Shown: positions 9,259 through 19,123, counted from the first letter of the stretch. The stretch: DNA of 64,000 nucleotides from Acidobacteriota bacterium (GCA_040755995.1 JBFMAF010000055.1:64001-128000), one strand, 5' to 3'. Translations and numbers: made by a program. The notes: generated by a model from the sequence alone, not told the origin.

Positions 9259-9984
9259 CTACGCCTCAGGCTCGATGCCCGCAGCCCGGAGCTGGGACGC
9301 AAGCCGTTCGGCGCGCGCCAGCTCACGCTCGGCGCGAACCTTCTCTTCGTCCGCACGCTCCTGGCCCGTCGGGAGCACATTGCCGTCCCTGTCACACCAC
9401 CTGAGCCACGTGGCACGCCTATCCTCGTACACTCCGTCCCAGAGCTTGAGGCCCAGCCCGACCTCGGCTAGATACCGCTCCTCAGTCTCCACATATCCTC
9501 CCGGGGACAGCACAAAGACTCGCAGCGGTCTGTCCTGGATCTGGAGACATGGATCGAACACGACGTAGTAGGTCGCGCGAAGACGCGCGTAGAGCTGCAT
9601 CTTGTTCCGGAGCTCTTCGCCCTGCGTGTTGGAGACGATTTCGACAACAACGTCCGGAGGCTTGCCGGCCTCCCACACAAGATAGGAACGTCCGGCCGGT
9701 TGCCACCAATCCGCGTCGGTCTCAGCATCCAGGCTCAGGAACATGTCGGGCACGATAGCAGGCTGGTGCACAGAATAGAATATTCCCACGTTGGCCGCCG
9801 CAACAAACGGCCTCCCGCCGAACAGCTGCTTGGCGGACCCATGAATCGGTTCGGTCAGCAAGCGCTGGTTCTTCTCGGAAAAGATGTTGTCCACAGGGGC
9901 ACCATCCTCTGTGATGAGATGGGACGTATCGGGCGCCGGCGGCAGTTCTTCGGCTAGTACCGGTTGTGTGGCAGTCGCGCTCAT
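9259..9984 (-). CDS. Uma2/DUF820 family PD-(D/E)xK putative endonuclease with coiled-coil tail
   Basis: ITEDGAPVDN, IVPDMFLS, PPDVVVEIVS, YYVVFDP, WLRWCD and ERAERLASQLRAAGIEP motifs. Confidence 0.88.
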   Translation of the reverse strand: MSATATQPVLAEELPPAPDTSHLITEDGAPVDNIFSEKNQRLLTEPIHGSAKQLFGGRPFVAAANVGIFYSVHQPAIVPDMFLSLDAETDADWWQPAGRSYLVWEAGKPPDVVVEIVSNTQGEELRNKMQLYARLRATYYVVFDPCLQIQDRPLRVFVLSPGGYVETEERYLAEVGLGLKLWDGVYEDRRATWLRWCDRDGNVLPTGQERADEEKVRAERELARAERLASQLRAAGIEPEA

Positions 9985-10062
9985 CTGCATCCCCCCGGGC
10001 TTGTTCACATCTCAGAATAGCCGACCACTCCGCGGCGGTCAAGAGACGCTGCTGCGGGCATG

Positions 10063-10500
10063 TCACCGTAATCGCGAAGGAGGTGGCTCCGTCGCCACGT
10101 TCCGCCTGATGATTTCGATCTCGGTGCCATCGAGGCTGTACACGCGAAATGTTAGAGACGGCAGTTCCAGGATGCCGAATGTGCCTCCTGCGCGAGTCCC
10201 TTTGGTTTGCGTGGGGGCCGCCAGCATTCTTCTCGAACTGGGATCATAAAGTACCGTGGCACTGCCGACGTCCGACTGTCGAGTCACCGACTGCGCCCGC
10301 AGAAGTGCACCCGGGTTCACTATCAGGCCGTCACTGCCCTCAGCCGTATTTCCGAATAGGCAGAAAGGCAAGTGCGTATGACCGACGATGAGCACCTGAA
10401 CAGGATCGACTCCGGCCGCAATCAGATCGGACGTAGATCTGCCACGATTCGCTTGCCCACGCGTGCATTACCTCCATCTCGGAACTTCCTCTGCAGACCA
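10063..10500 (-). pseudogene. Metallophosphoesterase (YfcE/MJ0936-like) C-terminal remnant
   Basis: VLIVGHTHLPF...IVNPGAL...GTFGILEL motifs; in-frame TAA just upstream; no N-terminal DxH motif visible. Confidence 0.55.
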
Positions 10501-10542
10501 AAAGACTACTACCAGGGTTGCCGCGTCCTGTCTGAACTCGGT

Positions 10543-10584
10543 GCCGTTGACGTCGCCGTCGCCGTAGGCGTAGCCGTAGACGTT
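10543..10584. repeat. Seven-unit degenerate hexamer array (GNCGTN)
   Basis: GCCGTT GACGTC GCCGTC GCCGTA GGCGTA GCCGTA GACGTT, ending 16 nt from the four-helix-bundle stop codon. Confidence 0.8.
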
Positions 10585-10600
10585 GAAAGGTGGCGTACAC

Positions 10601-10945
10601 TCATTTCGATGTCATCTTCACCAGCATGGAAACGATTCGCTGCAGGAGCGTCTTGCCGTCGATATGCGTTTCTTCGTCGATGAGATTTAACACCCTCGAT
10701 GCGTCCAAAAGGGCTCCGCATTGATGAGCGGATCCCCGGGCTATGTCATGGTACCGATTGGGGTCCTGCGGGCCGCGCTTTCCATATCCCTCAGCAATAT
10801 TCAGTGGAATCGAGAGAGATGCCCTCCTAAGCTGGTCTGCTAGTGAGGCGTACCCCTTCGGGTACTGGTCAAGGATCCGCGCCGCGGATGCTAGGAACTC
10901 GATTGCGGCCTTATACACGTCAAGGTCTTCATGATGTAGTGCCCG
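10601..10945 (-). CDS. Four-helix-bundle protein (23S rRNA IVP / Avd-like family), possibly start-codon-decayed
   Basis: (R)ALHHEDLDVYKAAIEF...LADQLRRASLSIPLNIAEG...IARGSAHQC. The codon where Met is expected (10943-10945) is CGG; the first GTG is at 10918. Confidence 0.8.
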   Translation of the reverse strand, partial: RALHHEDLDVYKAAIEFLASAARILDQYPKGYASLADQLRRASLSIPLNIAEGYGKRGPQDPNRYHDIARGSAHQCGALLDASRVLNLIDEETHIDGKTLLQRIVSMLVKMTSK

Positions 10946-11257
10946 GGTCGCGCCCCTTGACGAAACGGACCGGGCCCACTACCTTTAGGCTGTGTGCGGA
11001 AGAAGGGCAGCGGGGGTGGTGAAGTGGCACGAGAAGTGAGGAGCGCGTGTTGGGTGGAGGTCGCACCGGCGCACGCTGCCTGGGCGCAATCCGACGCATA
11101 GCGCGGGACGGTCTGAGCGCATCTGAGACCATCTCAATCGCCTCGGCAGCTGCCAGTGGATCGAGGCCGGCCACGGGCAGGCGGCGTCGAGCACGACCCG
11201 CACGTTTGAGCGGCCGATATCTTCCACTGCCATCGAAAATCAAGAAGGAGCATCAAC

Positions 11258-12208
11258 GTGACTAGCGACAAGATCATCGCGGTATTGGGCGCGACCGGTG
11301 CGCAGGGCGGCGGCCTGGTACGCGCCATTCTGGCGGACAAGAACGGCGGATTCGCTGTGCGAGCCATCACCCGTGACGTAAAATCGGAGAAGGCCAGGAC
11401 TCTGGCGAAGCTCGGAGCCGAGGTAGTCGCCGCCGACGTCGACGACCTGGAGAGTCTCAAACGGGCGCTCCGGGGCGCCTACGGAGCATTCTGCGTCACT
11501 TTCTTCTGGACGCACATGTCCCCAGAGAAGGAGACGGCCGAGGCCGGCAACCTGGCCAAGGCGGCGAAGCAGGCCGAGGTTCAGCATGTCATCTGGTCAA
11601 CACTCGAGGACACGCGCAAGTGGGTGCCGCTCACTGACAACCGCATGCCGACTCTCCTCGGCAAGTACAAGGTGCCGCATTTCGATGCCAAGGGTGAAGC
11701 CGACCACCTGTTCGCCGAGCTGGGCACCCCCACTACGTTCCTGCTGACTTCGTTCTATTGGGAGAACCTGATCTACTTCGGCATGGGTCCCAAGAAGGAT
11801 CGGAACGGCAGGCTCGCCATAACCTTCCCCATGGGCGACAAGAAACTCCCCAGCATCGCCGCCGACGACATCGGGAAGTGCGCCTACGGGATTTTCAAGA
11901 AAGGGCGTGAGCTCGTCGGCAAGACCGTTGGCATCGCCGGCGAGCATCTGACCGGTGCTCAGATGGCGGCACGTCTTACGAAGGCGCTTGGGCGGGAGGT
12001 AATCTACAACGATGTCACGCCTGAGCAGTACCGGGGTTTCGGCTTCCCAGGAGCCGACGACCTGGCCAACATGTTCCAGTTCAACCGCGACTTCGAACAG
12101 GCGTTCTGCGCCGCGCGCAACCCTGAGACAGCCCGGGCGCTCAATCCGGCGCTCCAGACCTTCGAGGTCTGGCTGTATCAGAACAAGAGCCGCATACCAC
12201 TCGGGTAG
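11258..12208 (+). CDS. NmrA/HSCARG family NAD(P)-binding protein
   Basis: GATGAQGG Rossmann motif, GAYGAFCVT, VPHFDAK; RBS AAGGAG. Confidence 0.92.
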   Translation: MTSDKIIAVLGATGAQGGGLVRAILADKNGGFAVRAITRDVKSEKARTLAKLGAEVVAADVDDLESLKRALRGAYGAFCVTFFWTHMSPEKETAEAGNLAKAAKQAEVQHVIWSTLEDTRKWVPLTDNRMPTLLGKYKVPHFDAKGEADHLFAELGTPTTFLLTSFYWENLIYFGMGPKKDRNGRLAITFPMGDKKLPSIAADDIGKCAYGIFKKGRELVGKTVGIAGEHLTGAQMAARLTKALGREVIYNDVTPEQYRGFGFPGADDLANMFQFNRDFEQAFCAARNPETARALNPALQTFEVWLYQNKSRIPLG

Positions 12209-12336
12209 CGGTACCGCAGCACCCATACGCGGGCTCAACCGGCCTCCCGGGACGCCGGCGGCCGGTTGGCCCCGCGGGGGTCTTGTCAATCGGCGCGAAG
12301 TTTGGAGCACAGGCGCCGGGGCCAGCAGACCGACTG

Positions 12337-12410
12337 CGCGGAGCGCGGCGAGATGGAGACACAGCAAACCGGCCCGGCTCTCCGCGTCTCCCCCTCACCG
12401 CACCCCCGCG
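12337..12410. repeat. Bipartite inverted octamer array (CGCGGAG CGCGGCGA GATGGAGA / TCTCCGCG TCTCCCCC TCACCGCA CCCCCGCG)
   Basis: Read directly between the convergent nmrA and DUF47 genes. Confidence 0.7.
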
Positions 12411-12469
12411 TCCGTCGCCAAGGGCACCTGCGTCTCCTCGCAACGGGCGTGGAGCACAGAAGCGTGCCA

Positions 12470-13099
12470 TCACACGTTCTTGAGGACCATGCCCTCTATG
12501 ACGTTGGCGACGTCTTCTACGCGGTCGACGGCTTCCTCCAGGCGGTCGTAGATCTGCCCCCATTTGACTATGTCGAGCACCGTCTCGGGCCCGGTGAGCC
12601 GCATCTCGTATACCTCCCCGAGACCCACCAGCAAGAACGCGTCGGCTTCGTCCACGATCTGGTCGACACGCTCGGCGGACGTTCCGATCGGATGGCGAGT
12701 CGAGAGCTTGCGCATCATCGTCCCGATCTCGATAACCACCTCGCCCACGCACTCCGCGACCTCCTTGGCGCTGCCCGGCATGGACTGGACGCGGTAGAGC
12801 CCGACCCGGGTCGAGACCGCCTTCACCGCAGTGATTGCCAGCTCGAATGCCTGGTTTAGGTCGTGGATGTCGTCGCGCTCGATCGGCCGGATCAGCGTCA
12901 GCGAGAGCTGGCGCGTGATCTCGCGTGACTCCCGCCTCGCCTCGGCCTCGATCGCTTGAATCCGCTTCAGCGTTTCGGCCATACCCGGCTTCTCCTCGAA
13001 CGCGTCACGCAGCAGAGAGACCGCCTCGCTCAACCTCGCATACTGTGCCTGGAACAGGTTCGAGAAGGCGAATTCCGTGCCCAACAGGTTGAACGCCAT
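12470..13099 (-). CDS. DUF47 / PhoU-like phosphate transport regulator
   Basis: IEAEA...LIRPIERDDIHDL...IYDRLEEAVDRVEDVANVIEGMVLKNV; RBS AGGAG before ATG 13099. Confidence 0.85.
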   Translation of the reverse strand: MAFNLLGTEFAFSNLFQAQYARLSEAVSLLRDAFEEKPGMAETLKRIQAIEAEARRESREITRQLSLTLIRPIERDDIHDLNQAFELAITAVKAVSTRVGLYRVQSMPGSAKEVAECVGEVVIEIGTMMRKLSTRHPIGTSAERVDQIVDEADAFLLVGLGEVYEMRLTGPETVLDIVKWGQIYDRLEEAVDRVEDVANVIEGMVLKNV

Positions 13100-13104
13100 C
13101 TGTC

Positions 13105-16100
13105 CTAAACTCCTGCCTCGTTCACCTGAGGCGCGCCCTTCCGCCGCCGCTCGCCGAGCCACCTGTTCAGCCTGTCGAAGTACACGTAGAAGACCGGCGT
13201 CACGAAGAGAGTCAGCATCTGGGAAAAGAGCAGTCCGCCGACGACGGCGACACCCAGCGGCTGCCGCGCCTCGCCTCCGGCCCCGTACCCCACCGCGATC
13301 GGCAGCGAGCCGAAGAGCGCCGCCATCGTGGTCATCATGATCGGCCGGAAGCGGATCAGGCAAGCCTCCACGATCGACCGTTCTGGAACCCACCCGTGCG
13401 TCCTCTCCGCCTCCAGCGCGAAGTCCACCATCATGATGCCGTTCTTCTTCACGATCCCCACGAGCAGGATGATGCCCACGTACGCGTACATGTCGAGCTC
13501 CATCCCGAACAGGTGCAGAGCTCCGAGCGCGCCGAATCCTGCAAGCGGCAGCGCCGTCAGGATTGTCAGCGGATGGATATAGCTCTCATAGAGCACGCCC
13601 AGTACCATGTAGATCAGGATAACCGTGATGATCAGCAGGAACCCCATGCTGGCGAACGACGATTGGAATGCCTGCGCAGAGCCCTGGAACCCGGTCTGAA
13701 TCGACTGCGGCAGGTTCTCCTTCGCCAGCTTGTTCACCTCGGCAATGGCATCGCCGATCGAGAAGCCCGGCTTGAGGTTGAACGAGACGGTAGCTGCCGG
13801 AATCTGTCCCGAGTGGTTCACAGCCAGCGGCGCGACGGTCTCGCGGATCTTCGCCACCGTCGAGATCGGCACCAGATCGCCCCGCGGCGACTGCACGTAC
13901 AGCATCGAGAGAGCCGGCGGGTGCTCGCGGTACTCCGGCAGCATCTCCAGTATGACGTAGTAGTAGTTGCTCGACGTGTAGATGGTCGAGATCTGCCGCT
14001 GGCCGTATCCGGAGTAGAACGCCTCCTGCACGTCCTTGAGCGTGAGGCCGAGAGCTGAGGCCTTGTCGCGATCGACTTCGATCTCGATCATCGGCTTCCG
14101 CAGCTGGAGATCCGATCGCACGTCGGTGAGCGACTGGACCCCGCGTATCTTCTCCTCCATCAGCGCGCTGTACTTGTACAGGGCATCGATGTCGGTGCTC
14201 TGGAGCGTGTACTGCCATTGGGCGGAGGCGAGGCGCGAGCCGATCGTCACGATGGGCGGATTCACCAGCGACATGGTCAGGCCGGGAACCTCGGCCAGCT
14301 TGGGCCGCAGCCTGTCGATGATCTCGTCCACCGAGTGCTCCCGCATATTGCGCGGCAGGAGGCTCACGAAGACCAGCTGGGTGTTGTCGCCGCTGAAACC
14401 GGCAAGAGACCCCACCTTGGCCTTGGACAGATCGGGATCGACCATCAGGATCGAATCGACCTGCTCGACGTGGCGGACCATGTCCTGGTAGGAGGTCTTG
14501 TCCTGCGCCTGTGAGAAGATGCGGAAGAAATTCTGGTCCTGGTTCGGGATGAACCCCTTGGGGATGATTCCGAACAGGTGCACCATCTCAATCGTCACCA
14601 GGACCGTGAACGCCAGCGCGATCCGCCGGTGGCGCATGACCGCGCGGAGTCCGCGCTCGTAGAGGCGGAGCGACCCGTTGAATGCGCGCTCGGAGAGCTC
14701 GTACAGCCTGCCTCTGGACCGCGCCGTCTCGCCGTGTCGAAGCAGCCGGCTGGCCATCATGGGCGTCAGGGTCAGCGAGAGGAAGCCCGAGATCAGGATC
14801 GCGGCTGCGATGCTGACGGCGAACTCGCGGAACAGCCGCCCGAGGATACCGCCCATGAACAGGATCGGCACGAACACGACCACAAGCGAGAGCGTCATGG
14901 AGAGAACCGTGAAGCCGATCTCGCGCGATCCCCTCAGCGACGCCTCCAGCGCCGTCTCTCCCCCCTCCATTCGTCGAATGATGTTCTCCAGCACCACGAT
15001 CGCGTCGTCGACGACGAAGCCGATCGCGAGGATAAGCGCCATCATCGAGAGGTTGTTGAGAGAGTACCCGCACAGGCTCATGATGGTGAAGGTGGCGATG
15101 AGCGAGAGCGGCACGGTAACGCTCGGGATGATCGTCGGCTTCAGCGCCCGGACAAAGAGGAATATCACCGCGACGACCAGGAGGATCGTCAGCACCATCG
15201 TGAACTGGACGTCGTAGATGGACTCCTTGATGAACAGCGACTGGTCGTAGAGGACGTCCATCTTCATCTCGCTCGGCATGGTCGCCTCCAGCCGAGGCAG
15301 CACGGCCTTAACCCGGTCGGTCACCTGCACGGTGTTCGAGCCCGTCAGCTTCCGGATGCGCAGGACCACCAGGCGCCGCTCCGCTCCGCCCTCAAGGTAC
15401 ACCGCCTGCGCGCGATCGAACTCCAGCCCATCGATGGCGCGGCCCAGGTCCTTGATGCGCACCGGATACCCGTGCTGGTACGTGACGATCAGCGACTCGA
15501 ACGCCTTGGCGTTGTAGAGCTGCCCGTTCGACTCCATCGTGTAGGCAGTGCGCGGCCCGTCCAGTGTCCCGCCGGGCATGTTGACGTTGCCGTTCTGGAT
15601 GGCCGCGGAAACCTGGTTGATACCGATCCCGCGGTTGGCGAGCACCTGCGGGTCCACCTGGACGCGCACGGCGTACTTCTGTCGCGGCACGGCGTCGGCC
15701 AGCCCGACACCGTTGATCGTGGCGAGGTTCGGGAGCATGACGTTCTCGGCGTAGTCGTACATCTCGGTGACAGGGAGCGTGTCCGAGTACAGCGCGACGA
15801 ACATGATCGGCATATCGGCCGGGTTGACCTTCTGAAAGACCGGGGGGTTGGGGAGGTTGCGCGGGAGCACGCCCATGGCAGCGTTGAGGGCCGAGCTCAC
15901 GTCGAGGGCGGCTGCATCGATGCTCCGATCGAGCGAGAACTGCAGGACGATCTGGGCGCTCCCAAGCGTGCTCGTGGAGATCATCGACTCGATGCCCGCA
16001 ATCGACGAGAACTGCTTCTCCAACGGTGTCGCCACCGTCGCCGCCATCGTCTCGGGGCTTGCTCCAGGCAGAGCCGCCGATACCTGGATCGTCGGGAACT

Positions 16101-16221
16101 CGACATCAGGCAGGTTGTTGATCGGCAGCTTGTGATAGCTGATCAGTCCGAACAGGAGGATCCCAATCATGACCAGTGTGGTCATGACAGGACGCCGTAT
16201 CCAGATCTCAGAGAGGTTCAC
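13105..16221 (-). CDS. RND efflux transporter permease (MdtB/MdtC-like)
   Basis: 1038 aa; IRRPVMT, GFVVDDAIVVLEN, GIVKKNGIMMVDF, RFRPIMMTT motifs. Confidence 0.95.
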   Translation of the reverse strand: MNLSEIWIRRPVMTTLVMIGILLFGLISYHKLPINNLPDVEFPTIQVSAALPGASPETMAATVATPLEKQFSSIAGIESMISTSTLGSAQIVLQFSLDRSIDAAALDVSSALNAAMGVLPRNLPNPPVFQKVNPADMPIMFVALYSDTLPVTEMYDYAENVMLPNLATINGVGLADAVPRQKYAVRVQVDPQVLANRGIGINQVSAAIQNGNVNMPGGTLDGPRTAYTMESNGQLYNAKAFESLIVTYQHGYPVRIKDLGRAIDGLEFDRAQAVYLEGGAERRLVVLRIRKLTGSNTVQVTDRVKAVLPRLEATMPSEMKMDVLYDQSLFIKESIYDVQFTMVLTILLVVAVIFLFVRALKPTIIPSVTVPLSLIATFTIMSLCGYSLNNLSMMALILAIGFVVDDAIVVLENIIRRMEGGETALEASLRGSREIGFTVLSMTLSLVVVFVPILFMGGILGRLFREFAVSIAAAILISGFLSLTLTPMMASRLLRHGETARSRGRLYELSERAFNGSLRLYERGLRAVMRHRRIALAFTVLVTIEMVHLFGIIPKGFIPNQDQNFFRIFSQAQDKTSYQDMVRHVEQVDSILMVDPDLSKAKVGSLAGFSGDNTQLVFVSLLPRNMREHSVDEIIDRLRPKLAEVPGLTMSLVNPPIVTIGSRLASAQWQYTLQSTDIDALYKYSALMEEKIRGVQSLTDVRSDLQLRKPMIEIEVDRDKASALGLTLKDVQEAFYSGYGQRQISTIYTSSNYYYVILEMLPEYREHPPALSMLYVQSPRGDLVPISTVAKIRETVAPLAVNHSGQIPAATVSFNLKPGFSIGDAIAEVNKLAKENLPQSIQTGFQGSAQAFQSSFASMGFLLIITVILIYMVLGVLYESYIHPLTILTALPLAGFGALGALHLFGMELDMYAYVGIILLVGIVKKNGIMMVDFALEAERTHGWVPERSIVEACLIRFRPIMMTTMAALFGSLPIAVGYGAGGEARQPLGVAVVGGLLFSQMLTLFVTPVFYVYFDRLNRWLGERRRKGAPQVNEAGV

Positions 16222-16228
16222 AGCGAAG

Positions 16229-16264
16229 ACAGTTGTCGGTTGTCAGTTGGCAGTTGACGGTGGC
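16229..16264 (-). repeat. Heptamer array (CAACTGN/CAACCGA x4-5) immediately 5' of the RND start codon
   Basis: Coding strand reads GCCACCGT CAACTGC CAACTGA CAACCGA CAACTGT, then 7 nt, then GTG. Confidence 0.75.
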
Positions 16265-16346
16265 CTGGGAGTGCGAACAAACATGAACACATATCAGCAT
16301 CACCCAGCGACCTGCTTGTTCGCCCGGTTCGGAGTCTTCATCACGA

Positions 16347-17468
16347 TCACTTCGCGGACTGCGGCGTCGAGGCGCCGTCGGAGGCAGTCTTGATCTGCAC
16401 CTTGGACCCGTTCTGCAGGCGGTTCTGGCCGTCGGTGACCACTGTCTCGCCGGCGCCCAGGCCGCTGGCCACAACAGTCTCGCCGCCCAGGCTCTGATCG
16501 GACGCGATCATGCGCATCTGAGCCGTGAGGTCAGGTCCAACGACGAACACATATTGCCCCTTCTGCCCCATCAGCACTGCCTGGGAGGGCACGACGATGG
16601 CATCCTTGTGCATGGTAAGTGCCATCTGGACAGTGACAAACTGGCCGGGCCAGAGGAAGGAGTCCTCGTTCGGGAATTCGGCCTTGAGCATGATCATGCC
16701 GGTGTTCGTGTCGACTGCATTGTCGACGAACGTGACCGCGCCTGCTCGAGCGGCTCCTGCGAGTCCCGCCGGCGCCGCTGTCACACGCAAGGTCCCCTCG
16801 CGCAGGTATTTCCTGACATCAGGCAGGTGCTTCTCTGGTATGGAGAATTCTACAAAGATCGGCCTGATCTGGTTGACCACGACCAGTTCCGTCTTGTTGG
16901 CCTCGACTAAAGCTCCCTCCCGCACAAGGTATCTCCCGGTGCGGGCGAGGATCGGCGCCGTGATGTAGCAGTAGGACAGATCCAGTCGCGCCTGCTCCAC
17001 CTCTGCCTCGTCGGCGCGAATCGTCTCATCGTGGGCCGTGGCCTCCGTGCGGGCCTTGTCATAGTCGGATTGAGAGACGGCCCCCTTCTCGAATAAAAAC
17101 TTGTACCGGTCCGCCTCCGCCTTCTTGAACTCGAGCGCCGCCTTGTCGCGCGTGAGACGCGCCTCGGCCTCGCGCAACGCCTCCTTGTACGGCGCAGGGT
17201 CGATCGTAACGAGGGGCGCGCCCTTCTCAACATCCTGGCCTTCCCGGTAGTGGATTTCGAGCAGCTCTCCGGGCACGCGCGACAGGATGGTGACGGAATT
17301 GTAGGCCTCGACGGTGCCCACCGCTTCGACGGCGAGCGGCACGGTCTTCTTCACGGCCTGTGCAACCGTCACCGGCACTTCATTCGGTTTCGGCGCGACC
17401 TTCGCGCCCTTGCAGCCTCCGAGCGCAAGGCTGGTTGATATCGCAGTCAGCCACACGCACTTCCTCAT
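16347..17468 (-). CDS. RND periplasmic adaptor (MFP, MdtA-like) lipoprotein
   Basis: Lipobox LGGC, VGTVEAYNSVTI, ITAPI, VDTNTG, LWPGQFV. Confidence 0.92.
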   Translation of the reverse strand: MRKCVWLTAISTSLALGGCKGAKVAPKPNEVPVTVAQAVKKTVPLAVEAVGTVEAYNSVTILSRVPGELLEIHYREGQDVEKGAPLVTIDPAPYKEALREAEARLTRDKAALEFKKAEADRYKFLFEKGAVSQSDYDKARTEATAHDETIRADEAEVEQARLDLSYCYITAPILARTGRYLVREGALVEANKTELVVVNQIRPIFVEFSIPEKHLPDVRKYLREGTLRVTAAPAGLAGAARAGAVTFVDNAVDTNTGMIMLKAEFPNEDSFLWPGQFVTVQMALTMHKDAIVVPSQAVLMGQKGQYVFVVGPDLTAQMRMIASDQSLGGETVVASGLGAGETVVTDGQNRLQNGSKVQIKTASDGASTPQSAK

Positions 17469-17503
17469 TGTCGACGCAGCGTGACCGGCTGCCACGAACC
17501 CAT

Positions 17504-17535
17504 TCACCGCGTCGCCGTGTCTCGGCGTCTCCGCG
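17504..17535. repeat. Octamer tandem array TCACCGCG TCGCCGTG TCTCGGCG TCTCCGCG
   Basis: Read directly in the tolC-MFP spacer. Confidence 0.7.
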
Positions 17536-17616
17536 TATGCCGCGTGAAAGAAACGGAGTATGTGACTCATGCACGTCTGCAACAAAGCCCGGTGGCTCCT
17601 CATCATCTGCCGCTCC

Positions 17617-18954
17617 TCACCTCTTCGCCATCGCCTTCTCGATCACCGCCTGAACGACCTTGTAGCCGTGCAGTGCTCTCGCCCGCACCACATTCGCTCT
17701 GCTCATCGACGCGATGGCGTCGCTGACTTCCACCGGGTCGCCCACGCCAGCCTCGTATCGCCGGTTGGCCAGGTCCAGGTTCTCCGTTGCCAAACGCACC
17801 TGGACCTCCGCGTTCGCGATCGCCTCCTCCGCCAGTTGCAGGTTCAGAAATGATTGCTCGATTTCGCGCCGGATCTCGAGGCGCAGCGAGTCGATCCTCG
17901 ATCGCTCCGCGCTCAGAACCGCCACCGCCTGGTCGACCCTGCGGCTCGTGGCGAAGCCGCTGAACAGATTCACGCTCATGGTCAGCCCGAGGCTCCATCC
18001 GTTGTCGAGCGGGAACTCGATACCGTCGAAGCGGTAGGCGCCGAGCGCCGAGAAGGCGGGGTAGAAGCCGGTCTTCGCCAGACTGACCGACGCCTGGGCG
18101 GCCTTCTGTCTCGCAATCAGACTCAGCAGATCCGGCCGGTGTTCCAACGCATGCTGCATCGCAGCGTCCAGCATGACGTCGTACTTGACGAAGTCGAGGC
18201 CGTCCACGAGCGCGTATTCGGCGGAGCTGCCGATGCCCATGGCGTTGTTGAGCGCAATCCATGCGAGCTTCACGCTGTTCTCCGATTCGATCAGCTTCAG
18301 TCTCTCGTCGCTCAGATCGAGCTCCGCCTTCGTCACATCGTACCGGGGCTTCGTGCCGGCCTCGAAGAAGTCGCGGGCCTGCTGGAGATGTTTCTCGTAT
18401 GCTCTCACGGTGTCAGCATTTGCATCCCGCACGCTGAGCGCCCTGAGGACATCGTAGTAGGCAACTCTGGCCCGGAAGGTGATGGAGTCCGCGGCGGAGT
18501 CATAGTCGAGGCGGGAGGAGTCGAGGCCCAGCTCCTCCACGCGAACCGACCCGCTGGTTTTTCCGAAATCGTAGAGTGTCTGCTGGAGGATGATCGAGGC
18601 TGACTTGTCGTCTCCATCCTTGATTGTAGAATAGGGCAATCCCGCCGGATTGCGACTGTGAATGTCGACTGCCTGGTCCTTTCTGTACCCTGCGCTGAGA
18701 TCGATGGATGGGTAGTAGCCGGCCTTGGCCTCGCCGACCCTGGCAGCGGCGTAATCGACTGCGCTGCGGAATACCTGCAGCTCGGGATGGGTGGCCAGAG
18801 CGATCTCCACGCAGCGCCGGACGCTCAAGCTCTCGCCCGGCTCGATTGTCAACGCCTCCGCCGGCGCAACGGCGAAGAGCGCCGGAACGGCGAGCGCGAT
18901 CATCATGCCCCGGGTCGAAACCATCGTGCTATTCTTTCGACAAGCGTCGCGCAT
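17617..18954 (-). CDS. TolC family outer membrane efflux protein (start uncertain: 18954 or 18924)
   Basis: ALATHPEL, YYPSIDL, LYDFGK, RYEAGVG motifs; upstream of MFP and RND on the same strand. Confidence 0.9.
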   Translation of the reverse strand: MRDACRKNSTMVSTRGMMIALAVPALFAVAPAEALTIEPGESLSVRRCVEIALATHPELQVFRSAVDYAAARVGEAKAGYYPSIDLSAGYRKDQAVDIHSRNPAGLPYSTIKDGDDKSASIILQQTLYDFGKTSGSVRVEELGLDSSRLDYDSAADSITFRARVAYYDVLRALSVRDANADTVRAYEKHLQQARDFFEAGTKPRYDVTKAELDLSDERLKLIESENSVKLAWIALNNAMGIGSSAEYALVDGLDFVKYDVMLDAAMQHALEHRPDLLSLIARQKAAQASVSLAKTGFYPAFSALGAYRFDGIEFPLDNGWSLGLTMSVNLFSGFATSRRVDQAVAVLSAERSRIDSLRLEIRREIEQSFLNLQLAEEAIANAEVQVRLATENLDLANRRYEAGVGDPVEVSDAIASMSRANVVRARALHGYKVVQAVIEKAMAKR

Positions 18955-19123
18955 TGTCAAGCCGCGAGTCCGAACCTGCGAACTCAGGCCTGAAGCTGAA
19001 GCGCGTGCCCATCTGTTGAGGGCTCGGGCCGAGCTGTATACAATGTCGCCGCTCGGCACGCGGCGCCTGGCTCCTGGCGGAGCCAGGGGCTGATGGACCG
19101 GCGGGCGATTAGGCGGAGGAGAC

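Noticed and set aside
10601..10945. Diversity-generating retroelement (Avd-like gene)
   Set aside because: No reverse transcriptase and no TR/VR pair differing at adenines is visible in the window.
14578..16257. Long antisense ORFs (also 36535-38712, 44632-46125, 61815-63587 and many others)
   Set aside because: Shadow ORFs opposite well-supported genes, expected at high GC; no motifs.
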